Assembly (NCBI GenBank): GCA_964558645.1
Contig: CAZLEV010000015.1
Coordinates: forward strand, 1-62,138
Length of the DNA: 62,138 bases
Source: an uncultured archaeon
Lineage (GTDB): Archaea; Asgardarchaeota; Thorarchaeia; Thorarchaeales; Thorarchaeaceae
Reading direction: 5' to 3'
In this document: one piece after another, positions 1 to 9,349 of the stretch
How the letters are laid out: each line of letters starts with the position of its first letter
Numbering within the stretch: the stretch's first letter is position 1
Translations under genes and position numbers: made by a program
Notes under the pieces: model-generated
Databases searched by the model: none
What the model was told of the DNA's origin: nothing
What the model saw: only the letters and a program-made list of their open reading frames with translations

Positions 1-325
1 CCCGTAAGGCCTTCAGATACCCCGGCGAGTCACTGGTGATGGCCTCGTAGACCTCCCCTGCCAAGCCCTTGCCCAGTATCCGTGACCACCTGCCTGAGGA
101 GTCCATGGCATCATCCACGATACCAAACCATCGTGCCCTGATGCTGTGGCCCACATACCTTGCCGCAGCACTGATGCCGAAGGAGAGGACCTCTGATAGG
201 GCCTCCTGCAGGAACAGGTTCAGCCCCTCGTCGTGGGTGAAGCAAAGGAGATCTGACTCAATAGGACCACCGATGGCGCAGCCTATATAGGCCAGTACAG
301 GACTCTGAGAGGGGGAACATAGCAT
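1..325 (-). CDS. Partial hypothetical protein running off the left edge (start uncertain)
   Basis: Open minus frame ...IESDLLCFTHDEGLNLFLQEALSEVLSFGISAAARYVGH...GYLKALR to the window edge; divergent from 324..1157 around the palindrome CCTATATAGG (282-291). Confidence 0.5.
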   Translation of the reverse strand, partial: MLCSPSQSPVLAYIGCAIGGPIESDLLCFTHDEGLNLFLQEALSEVLSFGISAAARYVGHSIRARWFGIVDDAMDSSGRWSRILGKGLAGEVYEAITSDSPGYLKALR

Positions 326-1157
326 GGACTTGCCCATCGACCAACAGATTGCTGATGCGCTCATCGAGCTGGTATCGACCACTGGAGAAGAGGATCAATA
401 CCCTGACGAGGCTCACCTGCTCAGCGAGCATAGGGAGAGATTCTACGAGCTGTACAAGACCAATGGCCTCATCGCATCCCTGACCCACCGCGTCCTGATG
501 AACCGCGTGGTGGCTCACTACTTCGTTGTTGTCCTCCGCGACCTGAGGGAGCTCTGGCTGGAGGAGGAGGTTCAGCTGGCCTTTGCTGACGGCCTTCGAG
601 GGGGCAACACCCTTCTGGTCGACGCTATCTCTTTCGTCCGTGAGTACCGGGAGCTCGACATCATCCGACAGGCCATAGCGTACAACATCGCCAGCTGTGA
701 GAGTATCCTGTTCCAGGTTCACATCGTGTGTGCTGGGCTGGGGCTGTGTCACCATCCACAGATCAAGCGTGCCATCCTTGCACGGAGAGATGATATCCTC
801 GAATCGATACGCAGGAACTGGCATCACGCAGCCCTGGTGGCATACGTCCCGTATCTTGCAGAGGATGAGGACTTCCATCGCGCCTTCGTGAGAGCAAAAC
901 CGAGGATCATCGAGAGTATCAGACAGGACAAGAGCCTCATCGATGCGGCCATCATGGTGAAGCGATTCGCATGGATACGAGAAGACCCTGCTGTGATTGA
1001 GGCACTCTGTGACAGGATTCGTGATGAGTCCAGGGACACCCCACACTCGATGCTCCGCACGCTGAGAGAGCTCGATATGTTCTTAGAACATCCACAGCTG
1101 AGGGCTGCACTGGACAAGTTCAGCCCTGAGGAGAGAGACGTCATTCTCGGCCTGTAG
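324..1157 (+). CDS. Hypothetical alpha-helical protein (277 aa)
   Basis: Long ORF with protein-like composition; no recognisable motif. Confidence 0.75.
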   Translation: MDLPIDQQIADALIELVSTTGEEDQYPDEAHLLSEHRERFYELYKTNGLIASLTHRVLMNRVVAHYFVVVLRDLRELWLEEEVQLAFADGLRGGNTLLVDAISFVREYRELDIIRQAIAYNIASCESILFQVHIVCAGLGLCHHPQIKRAILARRDDILESIRRNWHHAALVAYVPYLAEDEDFHRAFVRAKPRIIESIRQDKSLIDAAIMVKRFAWIREDPAVIEALCDRIRDESRDTPHSMLRTLRELDMFLEHPQLRAALDKFSPEERDVILGL

Positions 1158-1246
1158 CCAGCTAGGCAACTCTACGACCACGAGAGACGAGTCACAAGGA
1201 ACGTCTCAGAACAGGTCTGAATGAGAGATGCCACCAAAGAAACAAC

Positions 1247-1318
1247 CTGCACAGGATGATGACATTCTTACTTGACCAACTTTTTACTTGACATATCTGG
1301 GTACTGCGCGAGTCACAC
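1247..1318 (-). other. 3' strand of the 23S pre-rRNA processing stem (BHB)
   Basis: Complementary to 4420-4485; supplies the AGA bulge and ACCC central helix. Confidence 0.9.
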
Positions 1319-1326
1319 TTTCGACA

Positions 1327-4300
1327 CGCTCGCCTCGGACATTAGTAGCGGTGGGCTGAACACGTCGCCGAAGCTTCGTGCTTACACCCCCGCCCTATTA
1401 ACCTCGTCTTCTACGAGAGTCCTCGTTCATGGACACGCGTCACTGTCACCAGTCCCGCGTAGGACCAACCCGGTCCTTGCGTCCACAAAGTGAATGGCTA
1501 TTTTTACGGTCCGGCTTCCAGCTTAGATGCATTCAGCTGTTATCCGTTATGGCTTAGCTACCCGACAGTGCCCTTTCGGACAATCGGTACACCATTGGCC
1601 ACGACAATGCGTTCCTCTCGTACCGGCATCATCTTACCGGCAACCATTCAACAGTGCTAATAGATAGAAACCAACCTGTCTCGCAACGGTCTAAACCCAG
1701 CTCACGTTCGGTTTTAATCGGTGAGCACCCGCACCCTTCGGACCTTATGCAATCCGAGGATACCAAGAGCCGACATCGAGGAAGCAAGCCGCGCGGTCGA
1801 TAGGAACTCTAGCGCGCGACAACTCTGTTACCCCTGGGGTAAGTTTTCTGTCATTCCAACCACTCACAATGGGCCAGTTGGAGTTCGCTAGGCCAGACTT
1901 TCGTCTCGGGATCCGTTGCTTTGCGGGATCCCGTCAGCCGAGCTTATGCCCTTAATCTCAACGAGACGTTTCTGTCGCCTCTGAGCTCAGCTTTGGTCAG
2001 GGCTGATCTCCTGTCAGCCCTGTGCCGCCCCAGCCCAACTGCCTACCTGACGGTGTCCCTAGACTCACTTGGTCTAGGTTAGCCACCCCCAGACACATAG
2101 TCAGTGTTACATGGTCGCATTCCCACAGCCCGGAGACTGTGGTTCGACGCTCCTGACTACGCTCTGTATGTGCCCAGAGATGGCAACGACAGGCTGCGTA
2201 GTAAACCTCCGCAGGGACTTCTCTTCCCATTAGCACTACCAAGCCTGTTCGCTTGGGTGTAGTTTCACCAGAGCACTCCTGGGGACAGTGGGGACCTCAT
2301 TGCTCCCTTCATGCACGTCGGCATTTAACCGACAAGGCGTTTGGCTACCTTAAGAGACTCATAGTTAGTCCCGGCGTTAACCCGTGCTTGGACCCCTTCC
2401 GGAGTGTTAACATACGGGCACAGACCAGGATTCACTGACTGTACTAACGCTTACGCGCTCGCAGTCAGCTATGTTTGTATTAAACAGTTGGGACCCCTTA
2501 GTTGCTAAGACCTAGGAAAGCTTGCACTAACCCAGGCACGGCATATCCCGAAGTTACGCCGCTAATTGGCCGATTTCCCTCAGGAGGGTTGACTCTGATA
2601 CACCTTGGCCTTCTCAGCCAGGGAACCTGTGTCAGATCTGGGTACGGACTCGGAGAATTCTTCCGGACTCGTTTTTCAAGGTCACCAGGAATAGACCGAA
2701 CAGGTGTCCGACCACCTGCTATTCCACCTTTCGCCTGGTTCTCACCATTACGGTACTCGACAGGCTTATGATGTTAAATACGACGAGGGTCGTACTCGGT
2801 TTGTCCAGATGAGTCACAAGTCCGGCTTTGCGTTGCCGCGTGACGTATCTCCAAGGTTCAGGAATATTAACCTGATTCCCTTTCGTGACGCTCGTGTTAC
2901 GACGCCACTTAGGATCGACTAAGCTTCGGCTGACGACGCATTGCCGAAGAACCCTTTCCCTTTCGGTGACATGGATTCTCACCATGCTTCGCTGTTACTA
3001 CTGCCAGGATCATCAAATCCGGCCGGTCCACAGGACCTCACGGCCCCACTTCTACCCAACCGGATCGCTCCGCTACCGGATCACGCAGTATTACCTGCGT
3101 GCCGTGTGGTCTCGGTGGTCAGATTTAGCCCCGTCCATTTTCAAGGCCGAGAGCCTCGGTCTGTGAGCTGTTACGCTTTCGTTCGGGGATAGCTGCTTCT
3201 AAGCTCACCCCCAGACTGTCTTGGGCTCTCGACGCCCTTCTTCACCGCACTTATCTGACACTTAGGGACCTTAACCACACTCTCGGTTCTCCCCATCTCG
3301 GCCTGCCGGGCTTACCCCGGGCACCCGTCTCCCACCGTCTACGGTTCACGCAGCTTCGGAGTTTTCAGGAAGGTGGAACTCTTGACGAGTCCCTCGCCTA
3401 TCCGAAAGTGCTCTACACCACATGATACCTCAGGTAGGGCTTGGCTACGACCAACTTCGCGGAGAACGAGCAATCACCAGTCTAGATAAGCCTTTTACTC
3501 CTAGGCCCAGCTCAACGGAACGAGTTGCACGTCAGAACCCTTTCGGGCTTCCACCGAGCTTTCGCCCGGCTTCACCCTGGCCAGGCCTAGATCGACTGGT
3601 TTCTCGTGTCATGAGAGTGACTACGCGCACATTTCACACGCCGCCTCTCACCGGACGAACCGGCTGCAGGCATATTGGTTTCCCTTCGTTTACGACTTGA
3701 CGTCTTATCCTCGCCACGCTCATGAACTCCCTGGCCCGTGTTTCAAGACGGATGATGCAGACGCGATCCACTCAGATCCTACTCCAGGGTCCCCCCTGTT
3801 TCGTTCTCCGAGTATCTCCTCTTTTAGTCCGCATCCTTTGATTAGATTGCTGGTTTCAGGTGCTTTTCACCCCGCTTCCGCGGCGCTTTTCAACTTTCGC
3901 TCGCGCTACGTAGTGTGCTATCGGTTTGGTTGAGTATTTAGGCTTCGCAGATTGTGCCTGCGTCATTCACGCGAGAAGTCCGACCCGCGCTACTCTGGTA
4001 CCTGGGACATGCCTGTGGTTTACGTCTACGGGGGTATCACCCTCTCTGCCGCGTCGTTCCAGACGACTTTGACTTTGACACGTCGGCACTTGTCCCGGCC
4101 CTTACACCACATCTCCCGGAGCTCTTCGCTCAGGGATTCAGTTTGGCCTATTCCCCTTTCGCTCGCCGTTACTCGGGGAATCCCTTCTGGTTTCTTTTCC
4201 TGGGCATACTAAGATGCTTCAGTTCTGCCCGTACCCCTTCCAGATTTGACTCTGGAATCATGCAGGGTATTAACCCACATGTGGAAGTCCTATTCGGGAA

Positions 4301-4405
4301 CCCACGGATCAATGGCTTCATGCGCCTACCCGTGGCCTATATCGCAGCTTGTCGCGCCCTTCATCGGCTAACCAACCAAGTCATCCACCAACAACCGTTT
4401 AGCGA
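1327..4405 (-). rRNA. rrl: 23S rRNA (archaeal), unlinked from 16S and 5S
   Basis: Reverse complements of universal LSU motifs: sarcin-ricin region TTCCTCTCGTAC (~1612), CCGACATCGAGG (~1771), CTACCTTAAGAG (~2346), 5' region CCTTCATCGGC...CATCCACC (~4358-4389). Ends approximate. Confidence 0.98.
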
Positions 4406-4419
4406 ATTGCATGTCTAAT

Positions 4420-4485
4420 CATGTAACCGGCACAGTATTACCCTATGCCAAGTTTGGGCCAAGTAGTTGTCATCATCCTATGCAG
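4420..4485 (-). other. 5' strand of the 23S pre-rRNA processing stem (BHB)
   Basis: RNA ACUUGGCAUA-GGGU-AAU-ACUGUGC pairs with GCGCAGU-ACCC-AGA-UAUGUCAAGU, a 3-4-3 bulge-helix-bulge. Confidence 0.9.
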
Positions 4486-4693
4486 TCATGACAGAGGTTC
4501 TTTCGTCACAGTGACGGCGGGTACAACCCGTAGAACCTATATCAGGACAGACCCCCCATCGAGAATGACTCCATCATCGTGTCTGGTCTCGATGGTTCTC
4601 CGCTGAATGAGCGTGTTGTGCCCTTTCAGAGGTCAGGATCGTTGCTCCACACCCAATAGTGGGGTGTGTGCTCGCGAACCACTTCTGGTTCTG

Positions 4694-4702
4694 ATTTAAA
4701 GC
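4694..4702 (-). promoter_or_regulatory. Putative TATA box of the 23S transcript
   Basis: TTTAAA at 4695-4700, upstream of a hairpin-rich leader (4490-4670). Confidence 0.5.
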
Positions 4703-4855
4703 TTGCTATACATCGAGATTCGCCAGAACGGCTTCACAGCGACCTTCCATAGCCGCCGAACAACGCCTTCTCTACTCGATGATTGCATCATTAATTGCGA
4801 CGAGTCTGAAGATAAAGCTTCCGCAAGATGCTACGCTAGTCAGTTGATTAGTCCA

Positions 4856-5566
4856 TCATATGGGGTCGTCAAGTGCAATGACCTGGAGCTCCATGAGTTC
4901 CGAGATCCCACTCTCAGCCAAGTCGAGCATCTCATTCAGTGTCGTTCTATCAAAGGGAAGCCCTTCGGCAGTACCTTGAACCTCGACAAAATCCGAGCCT
5001 AACATCACGATATTCATGTCAACATCGGCGACCGAGTCCTCGATGTAGGCAAGGTCGAGAAGACAGTCATCCTTGATGACACCCACACTGACCGCTGCAA
5101 CCTGCCCCTCTAGTGGCAGGTCGGGAATGAGATCCATATCCACCATATACTGAAGTGCGTCGACCAAGGCCACATAGGCCCCAGTGATAGATGCAGTTCG
5201 AGTACCACCATCGGCTTGAATCACATCACAGTCCAGGCGAATGGTGTTCTGACCCATTCGATCTAGAGCCACCACTGCACGCAGAGAGCGTCCAATGAGT
5301 CGCTGAATCTCTTGATTTCGCCCACTGAGCTTGAACCTGTTTGTCCTGTCGTCTGTGGCTCGCGGAAGCATGCCGTATTCGGCGGTGACCCAGCCCCTGC
5401 CGCTACCATTGAGCCACCCGGGCACGCTCTCCTCTACGGTGGCCGTGCATATCACATGTGTATCCCCGGTCTTGATGAGGACAGAACCCTCTGGATGCTT
5501 CAAGTAGTTTCTCTCAATCTCCACCGGTCGCAGCTCGTCATTCTTTCTTCCATCGAAACGGGGCAT
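4856..5566 (-). CDS. rph: Ribonuclease PH, bacterial type
   Basis: RxDGRxxDELRPV, [45 protein letters not shown] and VEVQGTAEG motifs. Confidence 0.95.
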   Translation of the reverse strand: MPRFDGRKNDELRPVEIERNYLKHPEGSVLIKTGDTHVICTATVEESVPGWLNGSGRGWVTAEYGMLPRATDDRTNRFKLSGRNQEIQRLIGRSLRAVVALDRMGQNTIRLDCDVIQADGGTRTASITGAYVALVDALQYMVDMDLIPDLPLEGQVAAVSVGVIKDDCLLDLAYIEDSVADVDMNIVMLGSDFVEVQGTAEGLPFDRTTLNEMLDLAESGISELMELQVIALDDPI

Positions 5567-5718
5567 TGTATCAACTCGAATTTTCCCAAGGTAAACTCCT
5601 CTTTAATTGCTGTGGCTCAAGGACAGCCACCCGTGACAGATAGTTTTATTGTCGATGATTGGATAACTCACACAGCAATCTTCTGCGTAAGCAATCATAC
5701 GAGTGTGTGTTTCAGTTG

Positions 5719-6738
5719 ATGAGTGTCCGAAAGCAGTTTGACCAGGCATTGAAAGATACCGTTCAGGAATGGAAGAAGAGAGAGCAGGTGAAGGGCGTCT
5801 ACGTGTTTGGCTCCTATGCAGAGGGATTCGCCACGAGCTTCTCGGACCTCGACATCTGTATCATCTGGATAGGCTCCGAGGCCCCGGTCAGGCTGCTTGC
5901 ACAACACAAGGGCGTAAGAATAGACATGATCTTCCTTCCAACCAGGCAAATCGAGGGAGTGCTCTCAGGAGAGATAGAAGATCCCTTCCGTATTGCAGAG
6001 GTCGTTGGAACCTTGGACGATGCGGATGTCGTCTATGATTCAGATGGCTCACTTCGTAAGTGGCAAGAGGCAGCTGCAAATCACACTTGGTCCCAGAACG
6101 TTATTGAGAGGATGAAGACAGAGGCCATGCAGTCTCTGGCCAATGCTGAGAGATACGTAGATAGAAACGACACAGAGAGTGCTGTTAATGAGTTGCGAAA
6201 CGGCCTACTTGACCTAGGCCGGATTATTGTCATGAAAACCAATGAGTATTGCATAATTAGACCATCTGAAGTTCTTGCTGAAGTACGAATGCTAGACCCG
6301 ATAGCATACCCACTCTTCTTACGCACGTTCAAACTCAAGGGAATGGAAGAGGGAGAAATACTGGCCATATTAGATGACGTTGAGCACTGGCTGACAAGAG
6401 TAGCCAAGAGTGTGGATAAAGAGGATATTCAGGATGAAACCATCGAGTTCCTCTCCCAAGCTCAGAGAATATACTTCGGAGCGCGCAATCTAGCTATGGC
6501 AGGAGATTTGGAGCTGGCGGTTTTGGAGCTCAGACTCACGATCAGGAGGCTGGGCTTCGCGCTTCTTGCAGCAGAGGGCCTCATGTTGGATGACAGAGGG
6601 GATCTCGTTGACGCTCTGAGAGATCGAGAACCTGACTTCTTCGAGAACGTGTATGTGGAATATGGTGCTTTCGACTTCCAGCCAAGAGGGATTAGGCGTA
6701 GCATTGGCGAGGCGAAATTCATAGCAAACCGCCTCTGA
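5719..6738 (+). CDS. Minimal nucleotidyltransferase domain fused to two HEPN/KNTase-like helical bundles
   Basis: VYVFGSYAEG...SDLDICII (GS..DxD); two repeats of a 'L..A.....gD.e.Av..lR' helix pattern. ATG at 5719 preferred. Confidence 0.75.
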   Translation: MSVRKQFDQALKDTVQEWKKREQVKGVYVFGSYAEGFATSFSDLDICIIWIGSEAPVRLLAQHKGVRIDMIFLPTRQIEGVLSGEIEDPFRIAEVVGTLDDADVVYDSDGSLRKWQEAAANHTWSQNVIERMKTEAMQSLANAERYVDRNDTESAVNELRNGLLDLGRIIVMKTNEYCIIRPSEVLAEVRMLDPIAYPLFLRTFKLKGMEEGEILAILDDVEHWLTRVAKSVDKEDIQDETIEFLSQAQRIYFGARNLAMAGDLELAVLELRLTIRRLGFALLAAEGLMLDDRGDLVDALRDREPDFFENVYVEYGAFDFQPRGIRRSIGEAKFIANRL

Positions 6739-6751
6739 ACCATCGGGTATA

Positions 6752-7333
6752 TTGATTAAGCGGCTTGATTCGAACAGGACAGAGGTGGTCAACATCTCAT
6801 CAGCTGAACTAGAGATCATCAACCTTCTCAGTGTCACACTCACTCAAGAGAAACAGACGAACCTTGAGGAGGAGTTTCGACGGTATGCCGACGCAGTCAA
6901 CTATATCATACGGGCCATAATGCGGGGGCATCTCCCAACAGCGCCAAAGACCATCGCTGCTGTGCAGGAGGACTTCACAGAACGCTTCGACCCCCGGATT
7001 GAGTATCTACAGGATGTCATCAAGACGGCACGGGTCACCATTGGGCGTCACAGGAGAATGGCCAGACTGGTCCGAACAATGCGAGGGAAAAAGCCTCGTT
7101 TCAAAGAGGGAAAGATGGCATTCTCAGAACCAATAGTGAAACTTGACTCCAAGGGAATACGGCTCTTCATCACAAGAAACGACGTTCTTCCAATCCCCTT
7201 TGATAAGCATAGTAGGAATGCACAGAGCGATATCCTCCAAGAGATAGAACGAAGAGAGAAGAGATTTGACAGGGCCAGACTGACCAGACACAGAGAGGGG
7301 TTTGTGGAACTAGATATCAGAGTCATTGGATAG
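6752..7333 (+). CDS. TnpB/Cas12f-like N-terminal (REC+WED) protein lacking RuvC
   Basis: LEEEFRRYADAVNYII, ERF, GKKPRFK, ARLTRHREGFVELDIRV follow the archaeal TnpB N-terminal pattern; stop comes before any GxDxG motif. Confidence 0.65.
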   Translation: MIKRLDSNRTEVVNISSAELEIINLLSVTLTQEKQTNLEEEFRRYADAVNYIIRAIMRGHLPTAPKTIAAVQEDFTERFDPRIEYLQDVIKTARVTIGRHRRMARLVRTMRGKKPRFKEGKMAFSEPIVKLDSKGIRLFITRNDVLPIPFDKHSRNAQSDILQEIERREKRFDRARLTRHREGFVELDIRVIG

Positions 7334-8219
7334 ACTCGGGTTCCCAAGACAGAAGCGAGCCAGAATAGTCTGACAGCAAGACACGCGATGGCTTCATGCA
7401 TGTACTAACAGCACAGACACCGGTCCCGAGTCTGATGCTTTCCACAACCTGACCGGTTGCAAGGTCCCATATATTGACGCGCCTATCCCAGCCGCCGGAT
7501 GCCAGATGTGTACCGGAGGGGAGTACGGAGAGAGACGTGACTACATCTGTGTGAGCACGAAGGTCGGTCACCAGGTTCGGCTCATCAAGGTTGATTGACT
7601 TGATGACACCACTGTGAAGACCAAGAAAAACCTGATCCGCATGTGGAGCGATTGCCAGACAGCGAATCCTATCCTTTGTATGAAAGACCTCATCGACAAG
7701 TGAGTAATCCGTCATATCCCATAGACGACAAGAACCATCCCAGCCCACGCTGACAAGATGTCTCTCGTTATCCGAGAAGGCCAGACCCGATACATCTCTC
7801 GTGTGAGCTGATATATTCCGAATACACTTCAATGACTTCGTGGAGAATATCTTGATCTGACCATTCCGAGAGCCTGCGGCCCCCTTCCCTCCTCCAGGTG
7901 CAACTGCCAGAGACTTGACAGCGGCCGGATGCTTCATCTCGTGATGTTCGGCAGGTCTCTTCGACACTCGCCACATTCGCGTGGTACCATCCCAGCTTCC
8001 TGAGAAGACACTATCCCCTGATTTCGAGAACCCAACGGCTGATATGACCTGCTCATGGCCACTGAATGCTTTCTTCGGTCTGCCAGATTTCGCATCAAGA
8101 ATCAGAACCCGTGCATCCAGGGTGCCACATGCAATCTTCTTGTTCTTCGGGGACACGGAGAGCTCTGTGAGAGGTGATGCTGTTGAGCCAGAGGGGCGGA
8201 ATAGTAGATTTGTCGACAA
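7323..8219 (-). CDS. WD40 beta-propeller protein
   Basis: Repeated GH/AH...SGSWDGTTRMW, SVGWDGSCRLWD, SGGWDRRVNIWD. Confidence 0.92.
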   Translation of the reverse strand: MSTNLLFRPSGSTASPLTELSVSPKNKKIACGTLDARVLILDAKSGRPKKAFSGHEQVISAVGFSKSGDSVFSGSWDGTTRMWRVSKRPAEHHEMKHPAAVKSLAVAPGGGKGAAGSRNGQIKIFSTKSLKCIRNISAHTRDVSGLAFSDNERHLVSVGWDGSCRLWDMTDYSLVDEVFHTKDRIRCLAIAPHADQVFLGLHSGVIKSINLDEPNLVTDLRAHTDVVTSLSVLPSGTHLASGGWDRRVNIWDLATGQVVESIRLGTGVCAVSTCMKPSRVLLSDYSGSLLSWEPESIQ

Positions 8220-8289
8220 GGATGCTCACCGGAGAGTGCTCCATCCTCCTATCTAGACTCCTTTGAATAAAAACGTGTGTGGAATAGCA

Positions 8290-9306
8290 TCATCGCCTTT
8301 TGTGAACAACAAGAGCCACAATCATCAAGATGGGCACGAGCAATATTAGAGAGAAGACGAAATCGGAGCTGAAGGGCTCAATAGGATAGGACTCGTCTGA
8401 GAGATTCAAGAGGAATCTTTCCAGAACACTTCCTACAGCTTCCAGGCTTCCAGCGCTGCATTTGTCGGGAGTGTCCTCTAGAGTGTGCCAGTACCAGGGA
8501 AATGGGCTATGCTGGATTATATCAAGGGCGGGAATCTGTGCTTCCAAGAAGGGGGTATGGTCGTCCAGTATAGACGCACCGGTGACGTCCAAGAACTTGT
8601 CATCATGCCCCATCTCTGCAGCAAGTGCCCAGATGGTGTCCTGCAGTGAGTCTGTGGATGTGATCTCTCGCTCAAGGCGAAGGTCAGCATCTCCGACCAT
8701 GTCAACAAGAATCATTCCGCTCAGGCCCGAGGTCTTCCTACTAGACAGTTGATCAACATAGTGACTAGAACCGACAATCCAGTCCCACCCGTTGACATTG
8801 CCGCTGTCCTCGGCATCGAAGAGCACAATCTCGATGGCAGATCGAGATGCTTCAGGCAGAAGCCGAGCCAACTCCAAAAGAACGGCAACCCCACTCGCAC
8901 CGTCATTGGCCCCAAGAATGGGCTTTGAACGATTCTCAGCTGCAGGGTCCCGATCTGCTACGGGGCGAGTGTCATAGTGGGCGCCAAGAATGAACTTGGG
9001 AGAGACACTACAATTCCAATTAGCGATGATGTTGACACACTCTGTTTCTCTGTAGGAGAAAGACTGGAGAGTAACATTCCAGCCACTGTTCTCAAGAATG
9101 CCGGCAAGATATGTCCTGCATTGACTCAGATTCTCCGAACCAGGTGGACGGGGGCCAAAATTGCACTGCTCCATCAGATAACCCATTGCATTCGTCCCGT
9201 CAAATGAGAGATCTTCAGCTGTCGTTGTCATGCTATGGGACCGGAAGACACCTGGATTGAGTAGGAGGAAGACTAGCATGAGAACTACTTGTCGCATCAA
9301 ACACAT
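8290..9306 (-). CDS. M28 family peptidase / glutaminyl cyclase-like, membrane-anchored
   Basis: GAHYDT, GANDGASG, DDHTPF and WHT motifs; signal peptide and C-terminal TM followed by KRR. Confidence 0.88.
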   Translation of the reverse strand: MCLMRQVVLMLVFLLLNPGVFRSHSMTTTAEDLSFDGTNAMGYLMEQCNFGPRPPGSENLSQCRTYLAGILENSGWNVTLQSFSYRETECVNIIANWNCSVSPKFILGAHYDTRPVADRDPAAENRSKPILGANDGASGVAVLLELARLLPEASRSAIEIVLFDAEDSGNVNGWDWIVGSSHYVDQLSSRKTSGLSGMILVDMVGDADLRLEREITSTDSLQDTIWALAAEMGHDDKFLDVTGASILDDHTPFLEAQIPALDIIQHSPFPWYWHTLEDTPDKCSAGSLEAVGSVLERFLLNLSDESYPIEPFSSDFVFSLILLVPILMIVALVVHKRR

Positions 9307-9349
9307 ATCCTGAATGCTGATTGCGGGAAGAGCCTAAGAAACTTTCCAG

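Noticed and set aside
258-1046. Long antisense ORFs (also 27344..28207, 42365..43204, 35211..35783)
   Set aside because: Shadows of better-supported genes on the opposite strand.
1272-4418. ORFs in the six-frame track within 1.3-4.4 kb
   Set aside because: They lie inside the 23S rRNA gene and are spurious.
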